Source: Cyanobacteriota bacterium
Lineage (GTDB): Bacteria > Cyanobacteriota > Cyanobacteriia > Cyanobacteriales > Nostocaceae
Direction of reading: 5' to 3'
DNA: 64,000 nucleotides
Assembly: GCA_046045965.1 (NCBI GenBank)
Contig: JBJOKS010000015.1
Coordinates: 32,001 to 96,000 of the forward strand
Of the stretch, positions 10,523 to 20,271 are shown piece by piece. Made by a program: the position numbers and the translations under genes. A model generated the notes under the pieces. That model had not been told where the DNA came from, ran no database searches, and saw only the letters and a list, made by a program, of their open reading frames with translations. How positions within the stretch are numbered: position 1 is the first letter of the stretch; every line of letters starts with the position of its first letter.

Positions 10523-11800
10523 ATGATAATTTACGAGTTCAAAGTCAAAGCAAAAGATAAGCAATATCAAGCAATAGATGAGGCTATTCGTACCAGCCAA
10601 TTTATCCAAAATAAGTGCTTACGCTACTGGATAGATAACAAAGGGGTGGGACGATATGACCTTAATAAATATTGTGCGGTATTAGCTTCTGAATTTCCCT
10701 TTGCCGATGAACTCAACTCAATGGCTAGACAATCTGCGGCTGAACGTTCTTGGAGTGCAATAGCTCGGTTTTACGATAATTGCAAAAAGAAAGTTAAAGG
10801 TAAAAAAGCGGAAAACGCGGTCTTGGGCTTTGCCCAAGTGGAGCGATTTTCCAAGACAGGCTTTCCAAAGTTTAAGAAAAATTGCCGTTCTGTCGAATAC
10901 AAAACAAGCGGATGGAAACTATCTGAAACTAGAAAAGCAATTACTTTCTCTGACAAAAAAGGAATAGGTACTCTGAAATTAAAAGGTACTTATGACTTGA
11001 ATTACTACGATATCAAGCAAATTAAACGAGTACGTTTAGTACGTCGTGCTGATGGGTATTATGCCCAGTTTGCAATTGATGTAAATATCAGGGTTGAAAC
11101 ACAACCAACTCAACAGGTAGTAGGTTTAGATTTGGGGTTAAACTATTTCATTGCTGATTCAAAAGGCAATATAGAAGAATGTCCCAAGTTTTACCGGAAG
11201 TCAGAGAAACAGTTAAACCGTGCTAATCGTCAAAAATCCAAGAAGTTTAGTCGGGAACGTAAACAAGCAAAGCAACGACAATCTAACAACTATCATAAAG
11301 CTAGAAATAGGTATGCACGGAAACATTTAAGAGTAAGTAGGCAGCGAAAAGAATATTGCAAGAGATTAGCATATTCCGTGATCCAATCTAACGATTTGGT
11401 AGCCTATGAAGACTTAAATGTGAGAGGCATGGTAAAAAACCGACATCTGGCTAAATCAATTTCTGATGCTGGTTGGTCTACTTTTAGGCAATGGTTAGAA
11501 TATTTTGGACATAAATATGGAAAGGCAACTGTTGCAGTTCCTCCCCATAATACAAGTCAAAATTGTTCTAATTGTGGTCAAAAAGTCCAAAAATCTCTGT
11601 CAACTAGAACTCATGTTTGTCATCATTGCGGGTTTGTTGAAGATAGAGATATTAACGCCAGTATCAATATTCTAAAACTGGGATTAACTACGGCGGGACA
11701 CGCCGGAAGCTACGCTTGGGGAGATTTGCCCTCTTGGGCGATTGGTGTAAACCTGTCGTCTAATGGCGAGTCTGTGAACCAAGAATCCCCTCGGCTTTAG
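10523..11800 (+). CDS. tnpB: RNA-guided endonuclease TnpB
   Basis: RuvC motifs GLDLG, YEDL and DRDINAS are all intact; zinc finger CSNC/CHHC; GFPKFKK motif. Confidence 0.93.
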   Translation: MIIYEFKVKAKDKQYQAIDEAIRTSQFIQNKCLRYWIDNKGVGRYDLNKYCAVLASEFPFADELNSMARQSAAERSWSAIARFYDNCKKKVKGKKAENAVLGFAQVERFSKTGFPKFKKNCRSVEYKTSGWKLSETRKAITFSDKKGIGTLKLKGTYDLNYYDIKQIKRVRLVRRADGYYAQFAIDVNIRVETQPTQQVVGLDLGLNYFIADSKGNIEECPKFYRKSEKQLNRANRQKSKKFSRERKQAKQRQSNNYHKARNRYARKHLRVSRQRKEYCKRLAYSVIQSNDLVAYEDLNVRGMVKNRHLAKSISDAGWSTFRQWLEYFGHKYGKATVAVPPHNTSQNCSNCGQKVQKSLSTRTHVCHHCGFVEDRDINASINILKLGLTTAGHAGSYAWGDLPSWAIGVNLSSNGESVNQESPRL

Positions 11801-11835
11801 CCAGGGGAGTGTCAAGACATATTAGGGAGTGTGGA
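11690..11835 (+). ncRNA. Putative TnpB omegaRNA/reRNA (scaffold overlapping the tnpB 3' end, guide from 11816)
   Basis: Established architecture of IS605 tnpB loci, with a GC-rich structured 3' region ending in TCAA. The 5' boundary is a guess. Confidence 0.5.
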
Positions 11836-12174
11836 TAAAAAAACTCCTTGGAGTTAAGAATATCAACCAATAATTATTAACTTGTTAGTAAAAATTACTA
11901 TCAACAAGATTTAAGCACAGAACTCTATATATACTAGAGTTAGTATTGTCCATAGTGTAAAGATTTTATGGAATATTCAGTATAATTTAAAGGAAAAATA
12001 AAGGTAATTTTGCCATTTTGGCAGGTTTTCCTGAGATAAATAAGATATTACTAGATAGTAGCAATCGTTATTAATGTTTGCGCTATTGTAGCTATATACC
12101 GAATCCTGCTCAGGCTAAATCCACCCCAGACTAAGTAATTCTCTCAGCAATTTAAGAAACTAGGAAAATCATAC

Positions 12175-13413
12175 ATGATATTATCACTGTCTTCTCAAAA
12201 TGTTATCCAGTATCTGCAAAAAGCAGGTCTGTGTAGCTCAGAAGATAGCGCATTATATGAATCTGATTTACCAGAAAGTGGCGGTAATAATCGGAATTTA
12301 CTGGTGAAGCTGGCAGATAATCGTAAACTTCGGGTTAAACAACAAAGGCGCATGAATTTTGATCGCAGTCGCCATGATTTTTTTAATGAGTGGCTGTTTC
12401 ACCAATTACTCGATAAGTTTCCAGTTATTGGCAATATTTCGGCGATCGCATCATTATTGCTCCATTTTGATCAAGAAAATTCTATCCTTGTCCATAGTTA
12501 CTTAAGTGAATATATGGAATTGGGGGAATTTTACGAAAGCACAAGTATTTTCCCTATAGAAATTGCCACCGCCATTGGTACGACATTAGCGGGGTTACAT
12601 CGTTCTACTTTCCAAAAACGAGAGTATCGTGATTTTATGGATACTGCTCCCGAAGGACAGTTTCGCTATCACTATTACAACCCCGCTCAAGGTATAGGTT
12701 CAATTAATCAAGATATCTTTGGACATATTCCCACAGAGGCACTCAAATTTCATACTCTTTATCAGCAATATGAAAGTTTAGAATCAGCGATCGCCGACTT
12801 AGCATATGAATGGAAACCCTGTTGTTTAACTCACAATGATTTACAGTTAAACAATATTTTGGTTCATTCCCGTTGGCAACAACTAGATAATTGCTTGGTA
12901 AGATTGATAGATTGGGAAGCTTGTGCTTGGGGAGATCCAGCTTTTGATTTAGGAACCTTACTAGCAAGTTATGTCAAACTTTGGCTTTCGAGTTTAGTAG
13001 TAGATCCCAGTTTAGAATTAGAAGAATCTCTACATTTGGCAATGATCCCGCTAGAGGTAATTCAACCTTCAATTGTGGCGATAATCCGCGCTTATCTCCA
13101 TGCTTTTCCCATGATTTTGGAATACCGTCGGGACTTTATATTGCGTGTTATTCAGTTTACAGGTTTGGCACTCACTCATCAAATTCAAAACATGATTGAG
13201 GAACGCAAATACTTTGATAATACCCACCTGTGTATGCTGGAAGTTGCTAAAAGTCTATTAACCATGCCTGAGCAAGCTGTGTTAACTATTTTCGGCAGTT
13301 CCGAGTCAGAAATTCTCCAACCTGTAACCGGAGTAAACACAATCGCTAAACCGGAAAAAGAACGGCAACTACTGCGGATTTATTACGAAAAAACTCGCCT
13401 TCGTGGTTGTTAG
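12175..13413 (+). CDS. Aminoglycoside-phosphotransferase-like kinase (LanK/TvaC-like)
   Basis: THNDLQLNNIL and LIDWE motifs, GDPAFDLG; directly upstream of a HopA1 gene. Confidence 0.82.
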   Translation: MILSLSSQNVIQYLQKAGLCSSEDSALYESDLPESGGNNRNLLVKLADNRKLRVKQQRRMNFDRSRHDFFNEWLFHQLLDKFPVIGNISAIASLLLHFDQENSILVHSYLSEYMELGEFYESTSIFPIEIATAIGTTLAGLHRSTFQKREYRDFMDTAPEGQFRYHYYNPAQGIGSINQDIFGHIPTEALKFHTLYQQYESLESAIADLAYEWKPCCLTHNDLQLNNILVHSRWQQLDNCLVRLIDWEACAWGDPAFDLGTLLASYVKLWLSSLVVDPSLELEESLHLAMIPLEVIQPSIVAIIRAYLHAFPMILEYRRDFILRVIQFTGLALTHQIQNMIEERKYFDNTHLCMLEVAKSLLTMPEQAVLTIFGSSESEILQPVTGVNTIAKPEKERQLLRIYYEKTRLRGC

Positions 13414-13454
13414 TATTTTAGGTAGTATTTAAATTTGGAGGTGCAAATTTATTC

Positions 13455-14546
13455 ATGTTAGATAATTCTACCAATCACATCATCAATTCTTTATTTGATA
13501 TTGCCAGCAATATTCAAATATCACCAAACTTTTGTATTCAACATCCCAATTATCAACCCTTTGCTCTACCAGCAACAGTAGCAAATCGCTTTAAACACAA
13601 TTCACCAGATTTACAACATAAATATCTAGCTCTACTCTTGCGGAATTTCCTACACGGTATTTATTATAATGGTTCGCTGCAAACTGTGTTATCAGTCAAT
13701 GCTGATCATGGAAATTACTCACCACACAAAAGTTTAGAAGAAAATTATAATGTGGGCATTGATGGGGATTTTTATGAGCAATTACACCAAAATAATCACG
13801 GTATTGGTCATTATGATTCTAGTTGGGAAGTATTAAGGCTAGAACCTGATCAGAGTATCGCCGTAACTAAAAATGATTTGACATTGTATGTTGAGCCAGA
13901 ATGTTATCTCAAATCTAGTAAAAAGTCTGTGAAACCAGGTGATTTAATAGCCATTTGGATGCCCAAAAATCGCTTACACAATGGCTGTTATGTGGCAGTT
14001 AGTAATCTAGGACAGGAACGCAAAATTACATCAGAGGCTAATTTGGGAGTAGGACGAATTTATTTTAATTTTACGCCATTGGGTGCGATCGTTCTCATGG
14101 ATACCCTCACACAAAAACTCAACAACGCCAATATTCCCTTTAGTTTTGAAGTTCTTTATAACCCTGGAAGTTATGGGCGTTATGATGCTGGTACACTTCA
14201 CTTTGAAAGACAAGATTATCCAGTCATTCATAAAATTCTTCAGGCAGCTTATACACAACATCAATCTTATTTTCACCCAGAAATTCCCCTATTTACTAAA
14301 TTTTTAGCTCCCGGACTCAGTTTATCAGAAGAACCAAACCAAAAATTTGCTGCCCAGGAAAGTTTCGGGATGAACAGATGTCAAATAGTTGCTAATGCTT
14401 TGTTAGAAGCTTGGGAAAAAGGTAAAAATGCCATTGAAGAACGCATCCAAATTATTGATAAACATTTTGCACAACATTTAATTGATGTTCAGCGTCCTTA
14501 TCTTAACCCCAGTTCTGAAGATATATACATTCCCTTAAATTGCTAA
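13455..14546 (+). CDS. HopA1-family protein (LanY/TvaD-like putative phospho-Ser/Thr lyase)
   Basis: RIYFN, YGRYDAG, PLFTKFLAPGLSLSEEP and ESFGMNRC motifs typical of cyanobacterial HopA1-domain proteins. Confidence 0.82.
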   Translation: MLDNSTNHIINSLFDIASNIQISPNFCIQHPNYQPFALPATVANRFKHNSPDLQHKYLALLLRNFLHGIYYNGSLQTVLSVNADHGNYSPHKSLEENYNVGIDGDFYEQLHQNNHGIGHYDSSWEVLRLEPDQSIAVTKNDLTLYVEPECYLKSSKKSVKPGDLIAIWMPKNRLHNGCYVAVSNLGQERKITSEANLGVGRIYFNFTPLGAIVLMDTLTQKLNNANIPFSFEVLYNPGSYGRYDAGTLHFERQDYPVIHKILQAAYTQHQSYFHPEIPLFTKFLAPGLSLSEEPNQKFAAQESFGMNRCQIVANALLEAWEKGKNAIEERIQIIDKHFAQHLIDVQRPYLNPSSEDIYIPLNC

Positions 14547-14558
14547 TAACTCAACTTC

Positions 14559-14591
14559 AGATCCCCCATTTCTTAAAGAAGTCGGGGATCT
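14559..14591. repeat. Palindromic dispersed repeat (ATCCCC...TTCT.AAAGAAG.CGGGGATCT family), possible terminator
   Basis: Related copies at about 22501-22532, 29079-29103, 45261-45289 and, degenerate, 46141-46168. Confidence 0.7.
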
Positions 14592-14668
14592 AAATCCCTT
14601 TGCAGTAAAATAAGTTTGTAGCGCAGGTACTTTACCTGTTTTTTGTTTTAATTGAGGATTTTTAGCAG

Positions 14669-15070
14669 ATGATTTTCACATATCAAAGAACCGTCAGATT
14701 TGCAGATACTGATGCTGCGGGAGTGGTTTATTTTGCTAATACTTTAAGTATGTGTCATGAAGCTTACGAAGAATCACTACGGAATTCAGGTATAAATATC
14801 AAAACTTTTTTTACACATCCATCTGTTGCTTTTCCCATTGTTCATGCAAATGTGGATTTTTTACGTCCGATGTATTGCGGTGACAAGTTAATGATTAGTT
14901 TAATACCACAAAAAATAGGTATGGATAAATTTAACATTAACTATGAAATTACGGTGGTTGATGTAATAGTTGCTAAGGCAATTACAAGGCACGTTTGTAT
15001 TGATGTGAATAGTAGAATTAAGCAGGAATTACCAAATGAGATGATTTCTTGGTTGGAAACGTTCGCGTAG
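14669..15070 (+). CDS. menI: 1,4-dihydroxy-2-naphthoyl-CoA thioesterase
   Basis: Hot-dog fold motif [13 protein letters not shown]; located next to menE/C/A/F. Confidence 0.82.
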   Translation: MIFTYQRTVRFADTDAAGVVYFANTLSMCHEAYEESLRNSGINIKTFFTHPSVAFPIVHANVDFLRPMYCGDKLMISLIPQKIGMDKFNINYEITVVDVIVAKAITRHVCIDVNSRIKQELPNEMISWLETFA

Positions 15071-15137
15071 CGTGCCGTAGGCATACCGCAGAGACGCAGA
15101 GGGCGCAGAGAGAAGAAAATCAAGGGAAGAGATTATA

Positions 15138-15212
15138 TAATTCATAATTCATAATTCATAATTCATAATTCATAATTCATAATTCATAATTCATAATTCG
15201 TAATTCGTAATT
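15138..15212. repeat. Heptamer tandem repeat (STRR-type) TAATTCA x8 + TAATTCG x2
   Basis: Read directly from the sequence. Confidence 0.95.
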
Positions 15213-15231
15213 AAAAATTAGGAATCAAGAA

Positions 15232-16602
15232 TTAAGAATTAACAGATGATTTTTCAATAAAATCTAGGGCTATTTGTTGGAGTTGTTGACGGTTTATTTT
15301 ACCTTGTTCATTACGAGGTAAGTTTGGTAGGGGAATCCAATATTTAGGAATTTTAAACTTACTCAGTTTATCTTTTAGTTGGTTTTGAATTTCTAAAATA
15401 GAGGTATTTGGGTGTTTAGGAATATAAATAGCTGTTAACGCTTCTCCCCAAATTTTATCAGGTATACCAATTACACAAACATCAATAATCATGTTTGTTT
15501 TTCTCATCTCTGATTCAACTTCTATCGGGTAAATATTTTCGCCTCCAGTAATAATTTTATTACTACTCCGTCCAATAATATTTAAATATCCCTCTGCATC
15601 TAAAATACCCATATCATCTACTAATAAATTATCTCTATTTTCCCAAAGTTGGGGATAATAACCTAAAGCTAAGGATTTAGCTTTTATATTTATATTTCCT
15701 GTCAAATTATCAATTGTTATTTCCGCATGGGGGAGAATTTGCCCACTATTAACTTTACCTTTCAAAAAATCATCAGGTTTCAAAGTAGCAACTTGAGAAG
15801 CTGTTTCTGTCATTCCATAGGTAGGTGCTAACCTAATTTTATGAAATCTCGCTTTTTCTAACAATTCCTCCCATGCCGGCGCACCTCCTAAAAGTACAGT
15901 TTTAAACTGAAATAACCATTGTGTTAATTGCTTATTTTGCAGCAATCTTTGTAGCTGGGTAGGAACTAAAGATATAAAAAAATCTGAATAATTAATATTA
16001 TATATACTAGGTATTTGTTGAGATTCTATTTCTTTAAATGAGGTAATTACTAATTTACCACCAGTGGTAAAACTTCTCATAAACTGCATCAAACCACTGA
16101 CATGATATAGCGGTAAAACACAAAAAGAATTAACTGCATTTAACTGAAAATATTCTGTAAAACCTTGTACAGATGCGGTTAATGTCTCCCAGGTGTGAAT
16201 AGCAAATTTAATCTTTCCTGATGAACCACCTGTAGGAATCATAATCCAATTTTCGAGATCAGATAAATGATTATTCCCAGTCCCCAGTCCCCAGTCCCCA
16301 GTCCCCAGTCCCCAAACTATATCCGGTTGTACCAAATCAAAAACTTGTTCCCATTCATTTTTCCCCCAGTCGGGATTACATAAAAAAACTGGACATTTCG
16401 CAGCACAAGCAGCAATGAAACCGGCTAAAAATCTCACTGGTTCACGTTCAGCTAAAATTATTTTTGGTGGGATTTCGTTTTTTGATAACTGCGTTAATTC
16501 TAAATATAATTCTGTCGCTATTTTATAAAAATTATGGCTATTTTCAACAATTAACCAATCATGAGTTTTGAGATTTTGTAAATAATTTAAAGGTTGTTCC
16601 AT
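15232..16602 (-). CDS. menE: 2-succinylbenzoate-CoA ligase
   Basis: AMP-binding motifs PTGGSSGKIK, TYGMTET and IITGGENIYP; men cluster context. Confidence 0.88.
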   Translation of the reverse strand: MEQPLNYLQNLKTHDWLIVENSHNFYKIATELYLELTQLSKNEIPPKIILAEREPVRFLAGFIAACAAKCPVFLCNPDWGKNEWEQVFDLVQPDIVWGLGTGDWGLGTGNNHLSDLENWIMIPTGGSSGKIKFAIHTWETLTASVQGFTEYFQLNAVNSFCVLPLYHVSGLMQFMRSFTTGGKLVITSFKEIESQQIPSIYNINYSDFFISLVPTQLQRLLQNKQLTQWLFQFKTVLLGGAPAWEELLEKARFHKIRLAPTYGMTETASQVATLKPDDFLKGKVNSGQILPHAEITIDNLTGNINIKAKSLALGYYPQLWENRDNLLVDDMGILDAEGYLNIIGRSSNKIITGGENIYPIEVESEMRKTNMIIDVCVIGIPDKIWGEALTAIYIPKHPNTSILEIQNQLKDKLSKFKIPKYWIPLPNLPRNEQGKINRQQLQQIALDFIEKSSVNS

Positions 16603-16613
16603 AAAGATTGAGG

Positions 16614-17546
16614 CTAGTTCGCTTCTTTTTCTGTAAAATAGTGGTTGATACCAAAACCTACTGCGCGATTATTTCTAGATAATTCTGCTGCTAATTTTAA
16701 TGCAGCTTGTCTACCAATTGCAGTTTCAAATACAGATGAAAATACAACATCAATTTGATATTTTTGGCAAAATTTCCTTAACCTTGATGGTGAACCCACT
16801 ATACCAGGTTTAATTACAAAAATTCCTTCCCAACCCCGTTGGTAACAATTTTCAAGTTGTTGTAATGTTGCTACAGATTCATCTAAAGCAATTTTTGTAC
16901 TATAATAATTACTCAATTCTAGCATTTCTGCGAATTTATCTACAGGTAAAGGTTGTTCAATAAATTCAATGTTGTTTGTAAAAAGTTCGCATTGTTTCAA
17001 GAATAATTTAGCTGAATCATAGTTAAGTCCACCATTAGCATCTAAACGTAATTTTGCTGATGTGGGTAATTTCTGAATCAGTAAATTAAAGATTTCTAAT
17101 TCTTTGGCTATTTCATCAACTCCAATTTTCCATTTAAATGTTTGATAACCCTGTTTCCATAAACTTTCCCATTGATTTAAAGCTGCTTCTCCTGCTGGTA
17201 ATAATCCGCTATAATTAAGATTGTCGTAATTGATAAATTTGGGATTTTCTGATAAATTCTCTAGTGCTGACTCAAAACCAAATTGACAAGCTGGTAATTT
17301 ATCTGGAATTGCAAAAATTATCTCTGGGGTAATTTGTTCTGGTAGTTGATGACAAAAATCTAAAGCTTGTTCTAAAGTTTCCGAACCAAACCAAGAAATA
17401 GGGGAAATTTCTCCCCAACTAACTTTACCTGTAATGTCTATAAGTCTGAGAATTATGCTTTCGCGTGTTTCCCAAATTCCATGATTTGTAATTACAGGAA
17501 GAGTGAATTTTTGAGTAATGTGACGAAAGGAAAATTGATAAATCAT
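16614..17546 (-). CDS. menC: o-succinylbenzoate synthase
   Basis: Enolase-superfamily motifs FKWKIG, RLDANG, IEQP and ALDES. ATG at 17546 overlaps the menA stop (ATGA). Confidence 0.9.
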   Translation of the reverse strand: MIYQFSFRHITQKFTLPVITNHGIWETRESIILRLIDITGKVSWGEISPISWFGSETLEQALDFCHQLPEQITPEIIFAIPDKLPACQFGFESALENLSENPKFINYDNLNYSGLLPAGEAALNQWESLWKQGYQTFKWKIGVDEIAKELEIFNLLIQKLPTSAKLRLDANGGLNYDSAKLFLKQCELFTNNIEFIEQPLPVDKFAEMLELSNYYSTKIALDESVATLQQLENCYQRGWEGIFVIKPGIVGSPSRLRKFCQKYQIDVVFSSVFETAIGRQAALKLAAELSRNNRAVGFGINHYFTEKEAN

Positions 17547-18445
17547 GAACCAATCACAAATCCTACACCCAAAAGTAAGCAACTCAAAAAATGAACTTTG
17601 ACAGCGATGAATTTAGAATTACTAACTTTGTCTGGTAGGTGATGATTTTCTAGAACATGACGACATAATTGAAACCCAAAGGGTAAACTTAAGCAACTTA
17701 ACAAAGTCCAAACTGGGAAAATTCCCAATCCAACTAACAACAAAGATAAGGGATAAATACTAGCTGTAAACCAAACTAATACTTGTGCGCCTTTTTCTGT
17801 ACCCAAACGCACAATAGGCGATCGCTTTCCAGCAGCTATGTCATCCTTAACTTGATGAAAATGTGAACAAAATAAAATTAAACTGGTGACAATACCAACA
17901 ATCACGGAAGCTGCTAAATTAGTAATTGACCAAGTTTGAGTTTGACTGTAGTATACTGCTGTCATTCCCAAAGGTCCAAAAGCAAAAAAGCAGAGAATTT
18001 CCCCTAAACCCTGGTATCCTAAACGAAAAGGAGGTCCTTGGTACATATAACCCAAACCGCAGCACAGCAGGATTATACCAATTACCGTCGGGTCTTTTTG
18101 CAAAAGGGCGATCGCAATTATTCCCAACAAACCCGAAACCAAGCATAAATTACCCAACCAAAACATTAACTGCTTATTACCAGTTAAATTCACCAAGGAA
18201 TGATGTTTATTTTTATCAATACCTGTTTCTGCATCAAAAACATCATTACTGATATTTTCCCAAGCCAAAATTAAAATTGCCGCAGTCATAAAAACCGCGA
18301 ATATGACACCATTAAAAATCCTAGTTTCTGCAAACGCTACCGCCGAACCTACCCATATAGGCATAATAGCAACACTGTACATTGGTGGTTTAATAGCCGC
18401 CATCCATAATTTATTTTTGGGGATTGATATCTGATTTGCAGTCAT
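17543..18445 (-). CDS. menA: DHNA phytyltransferase
   Basis: UbiA-family motifs NDVFDAETGID, YQGPPFRLGYQGLGE and DDIAAGKRS. Confidence 0.92.
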   Translation of the reverse strand: MTANQISIPKNKLWMAAIKPPMYSVAIMPIWVGSAVAFAETRIFNGVIFAVFMTAAILILAWENISNDVFDAETGIDKNKHHSLVNLTGNKQLMFWLGNLCLVSGLLGIIAIALLQKDPTVIGIILLCCGLGYMYQGPPFRLGYQGLGEILCFFAFGPLGMTAVYYSQTQTWSITNLAASVIVGIVTSLILFCSHFHQVKDDIAAGKRSPIVRLGTEKGAQVLVWFTASIYPLSLLLVGLGIFPVWTLLSCLSLPFGFQLCRHVLENHHLPDKVSNSKFIAVKVHFLSCLLLGVGFVIGS

Positions 18446-18743
18446 TAGTCGTGATCAATTAAATTACTAAAAATTTACTTATCAGTTAGATTTTATAGTT
18501 TGGTGAGACATTTTACGGTATTGAATTACAGAAAAATGCTAATTTTGTGATTGATGGTTTACCTTCTGTTCACAAAACTTGACTTGACATTTTGCCACCT
18601 CCAAGAGTATGTATTCTCGGTTTTCCCAGAACCAACTAAAGCTGAGGCTGGTTAATGGTAACAGAATATGCTACCTATAGAAATACGACCACGATTTATT
18701 ACACTTTAGGAAGATAACTTAAAAAAATTTAACTTATACATCC

Positions 18744-20159
18744 ATGACAATTTCACCATGTCGCAGCAGTTTCTTTGTAGACTATAAAGATTTGCATCAA
18801 TTACTGTTAGCAGTGCAGGAAAAGTGCTATGAAAATCACAGCCAGCAAATTGTTAGTATTTCCCTACCAATTGATTTCATAGACCCTTTAGTTGTATTAG
18901 AGAAGTTTGCTCAAGCAAATACATTGAATTTTTACTTTGAAAATAAAAGTAAAGGTGAAGCTATTGCAGCCATTGATGCTATCACAAAATTAGAGATTAC
19001 TGGTAAACACAGATTTAGTAAAACTGAAGAATTTATCAAAGATTGTCTCAAAAATGTGATCAATTTTGGCAATACTAACCAACATTTTGCAGGTACTCAC
19101 TTTTTTTGTAGCTTCAGCTTTTTTGATCAGCATCACCAATTAGATTATCCATTTCCATCTGCTACTATTTTCCTACCTAAATTACAAGTAGCTGTCAAAA
19201 ATTCTGCTTGCACCTTAGTTGTGAATAATTTAATTCATGCAGGTATTAATATTCAAACTATATTACGGGAATTACAAAGCCAAATTAAGACCCTCCAATC
19301 TTTAGGTAATTACTCTCCCAACCTGGAAATTTCTCCAACGACCTTTATCAAAAACCAGATTACCAATTCCGACATATTTAAACATTCAGTATTATCAGCC
19401 TTAGAAAAAATTGCATCTAATCATTTAATAAAAATTGTTTTAGCAGATGCCTTGGATGTCAGATCATATAATTCCTTTAACCTATTCAAATCTTTAAATA
19501 ATCTGCGACAATTACATCCTAATTGTTATGTCTTTTCTACCAGCAATGGCAAAGGACAAAACTTTATTGGTGCTAGTCCAGAACGTTTAATTAGTATTGA
19601 AGATCAGCAATTAATTACTGATGCTTTGGCAGGTTCAGCACCCAGAGGTAAAACACCTAATGAAGATGCGGCTAATGCCAACAATTTAGTTAATAGTAAT
19701 AAAGAAAAACACGAACACAGCCTAGTAATTGATTTTATCACCCAACGTCTATCACAACTAGGATTATTTCCGCAAATTTTAGCCCCGCGTCTACGACAAT
19801 TATCTAATATCCAACATTTATGGACACCAATTACTGCTGTAGTACCTGCTAACATCCATCCCTTAAAAATCGTTGCCCAATTGCATCCGACACCAGCAGT
19901 AGCAGGTGCAGCCAGAGATATTGCTTGTGCAGAAATTCGCCGTTATGAAAGTTTTGAAAGGGGTTTATATGCAGCACCGCTAGGTTGGGTAGATGGGGAA
20001 GGAAATTGTGAGTTTATTGTCGGTATTCGTTCAGCATTAATAGATGGCGATCGCGCTAGACTTTATGCTGGTGCTGGTATCGTCGCCGGTTCTGATCCTG
20101 ATAAAGAATTTGCTGAAGTGCAGCTTAAACTTCAAGCATTACTAAAAGCATTAGTCTAA
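18744..20159 (+). CDS. menF: Isochorismate synthase
   Basis: FIGASPERL, ALAGSAPRG, LHPTPAVAG and YAGAGIV motifs. Confidence 0.92.
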   Translation: MTISPCRSSFFVDYKDLHQLLLAVQEKCYENHSQQIVSISLPIDFIDPLVVLEKFAQANTLNFYFENKSKGEAIAAIDAITKLEITGKHRFSKTEEFIKDCLKNVINFGNTNQHFAGTHFFCSFSFFDQHHQLDYPFPSATIFLPKLQVAVKNSACTLVVNNLIHAGINIQTILRELQSQIKTLQSLGNYSPNLEISPTTFIKNQITNSDIFKHSVLSALEKIASNHLIKIVLADALDVRSYNSFNLFKSLNNLRQLHPNCYVFSTSNGKGQNFIGASPERLISIEDQQLITDALAGSAPRGKTPNEDAANANNLVNSNKEKHEHSLVIDFITQRLSQLGLFPQILAPRLRQLSNIQHLWTPITAVVPANIHPLKIVAQLHPTPAVAGAARDIACAEIRRYESFERGLYAAPLGWVDGEGNCEFIVGIRSALIDGDRARLYAGAGIVAGSDPDKEFAEVQLKLQALLKALV

Positions 20160-20271
20160 CGTAGCTATAGCCTGAATTAAATAAGTGTAACAAAATCTGT
20201 AACGAGAATATTATTCTCCCTAACTCTAGTCTAAAGTGGTGGGAAAGTTAGGGGTAAACCCTGAAAGGGTA

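Larger units (their letters stand above)
10400..11815 (+). mobile_element. Non-autonomous IS200/IS605-family (IS1341-type, tnpB only) element
   Basis: Contains tnpB and no tnpA. Right-end hairpin TCCCCTCGGCTTTAGCCAGGGGA is followed by GTGTCAA, ending in TCAA at 11812-11815. Candidate left-end hairpin TCCTTGATAGCAGGGA at about 10405-10420; the left boundary is approximate. Confidence 0.75.
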
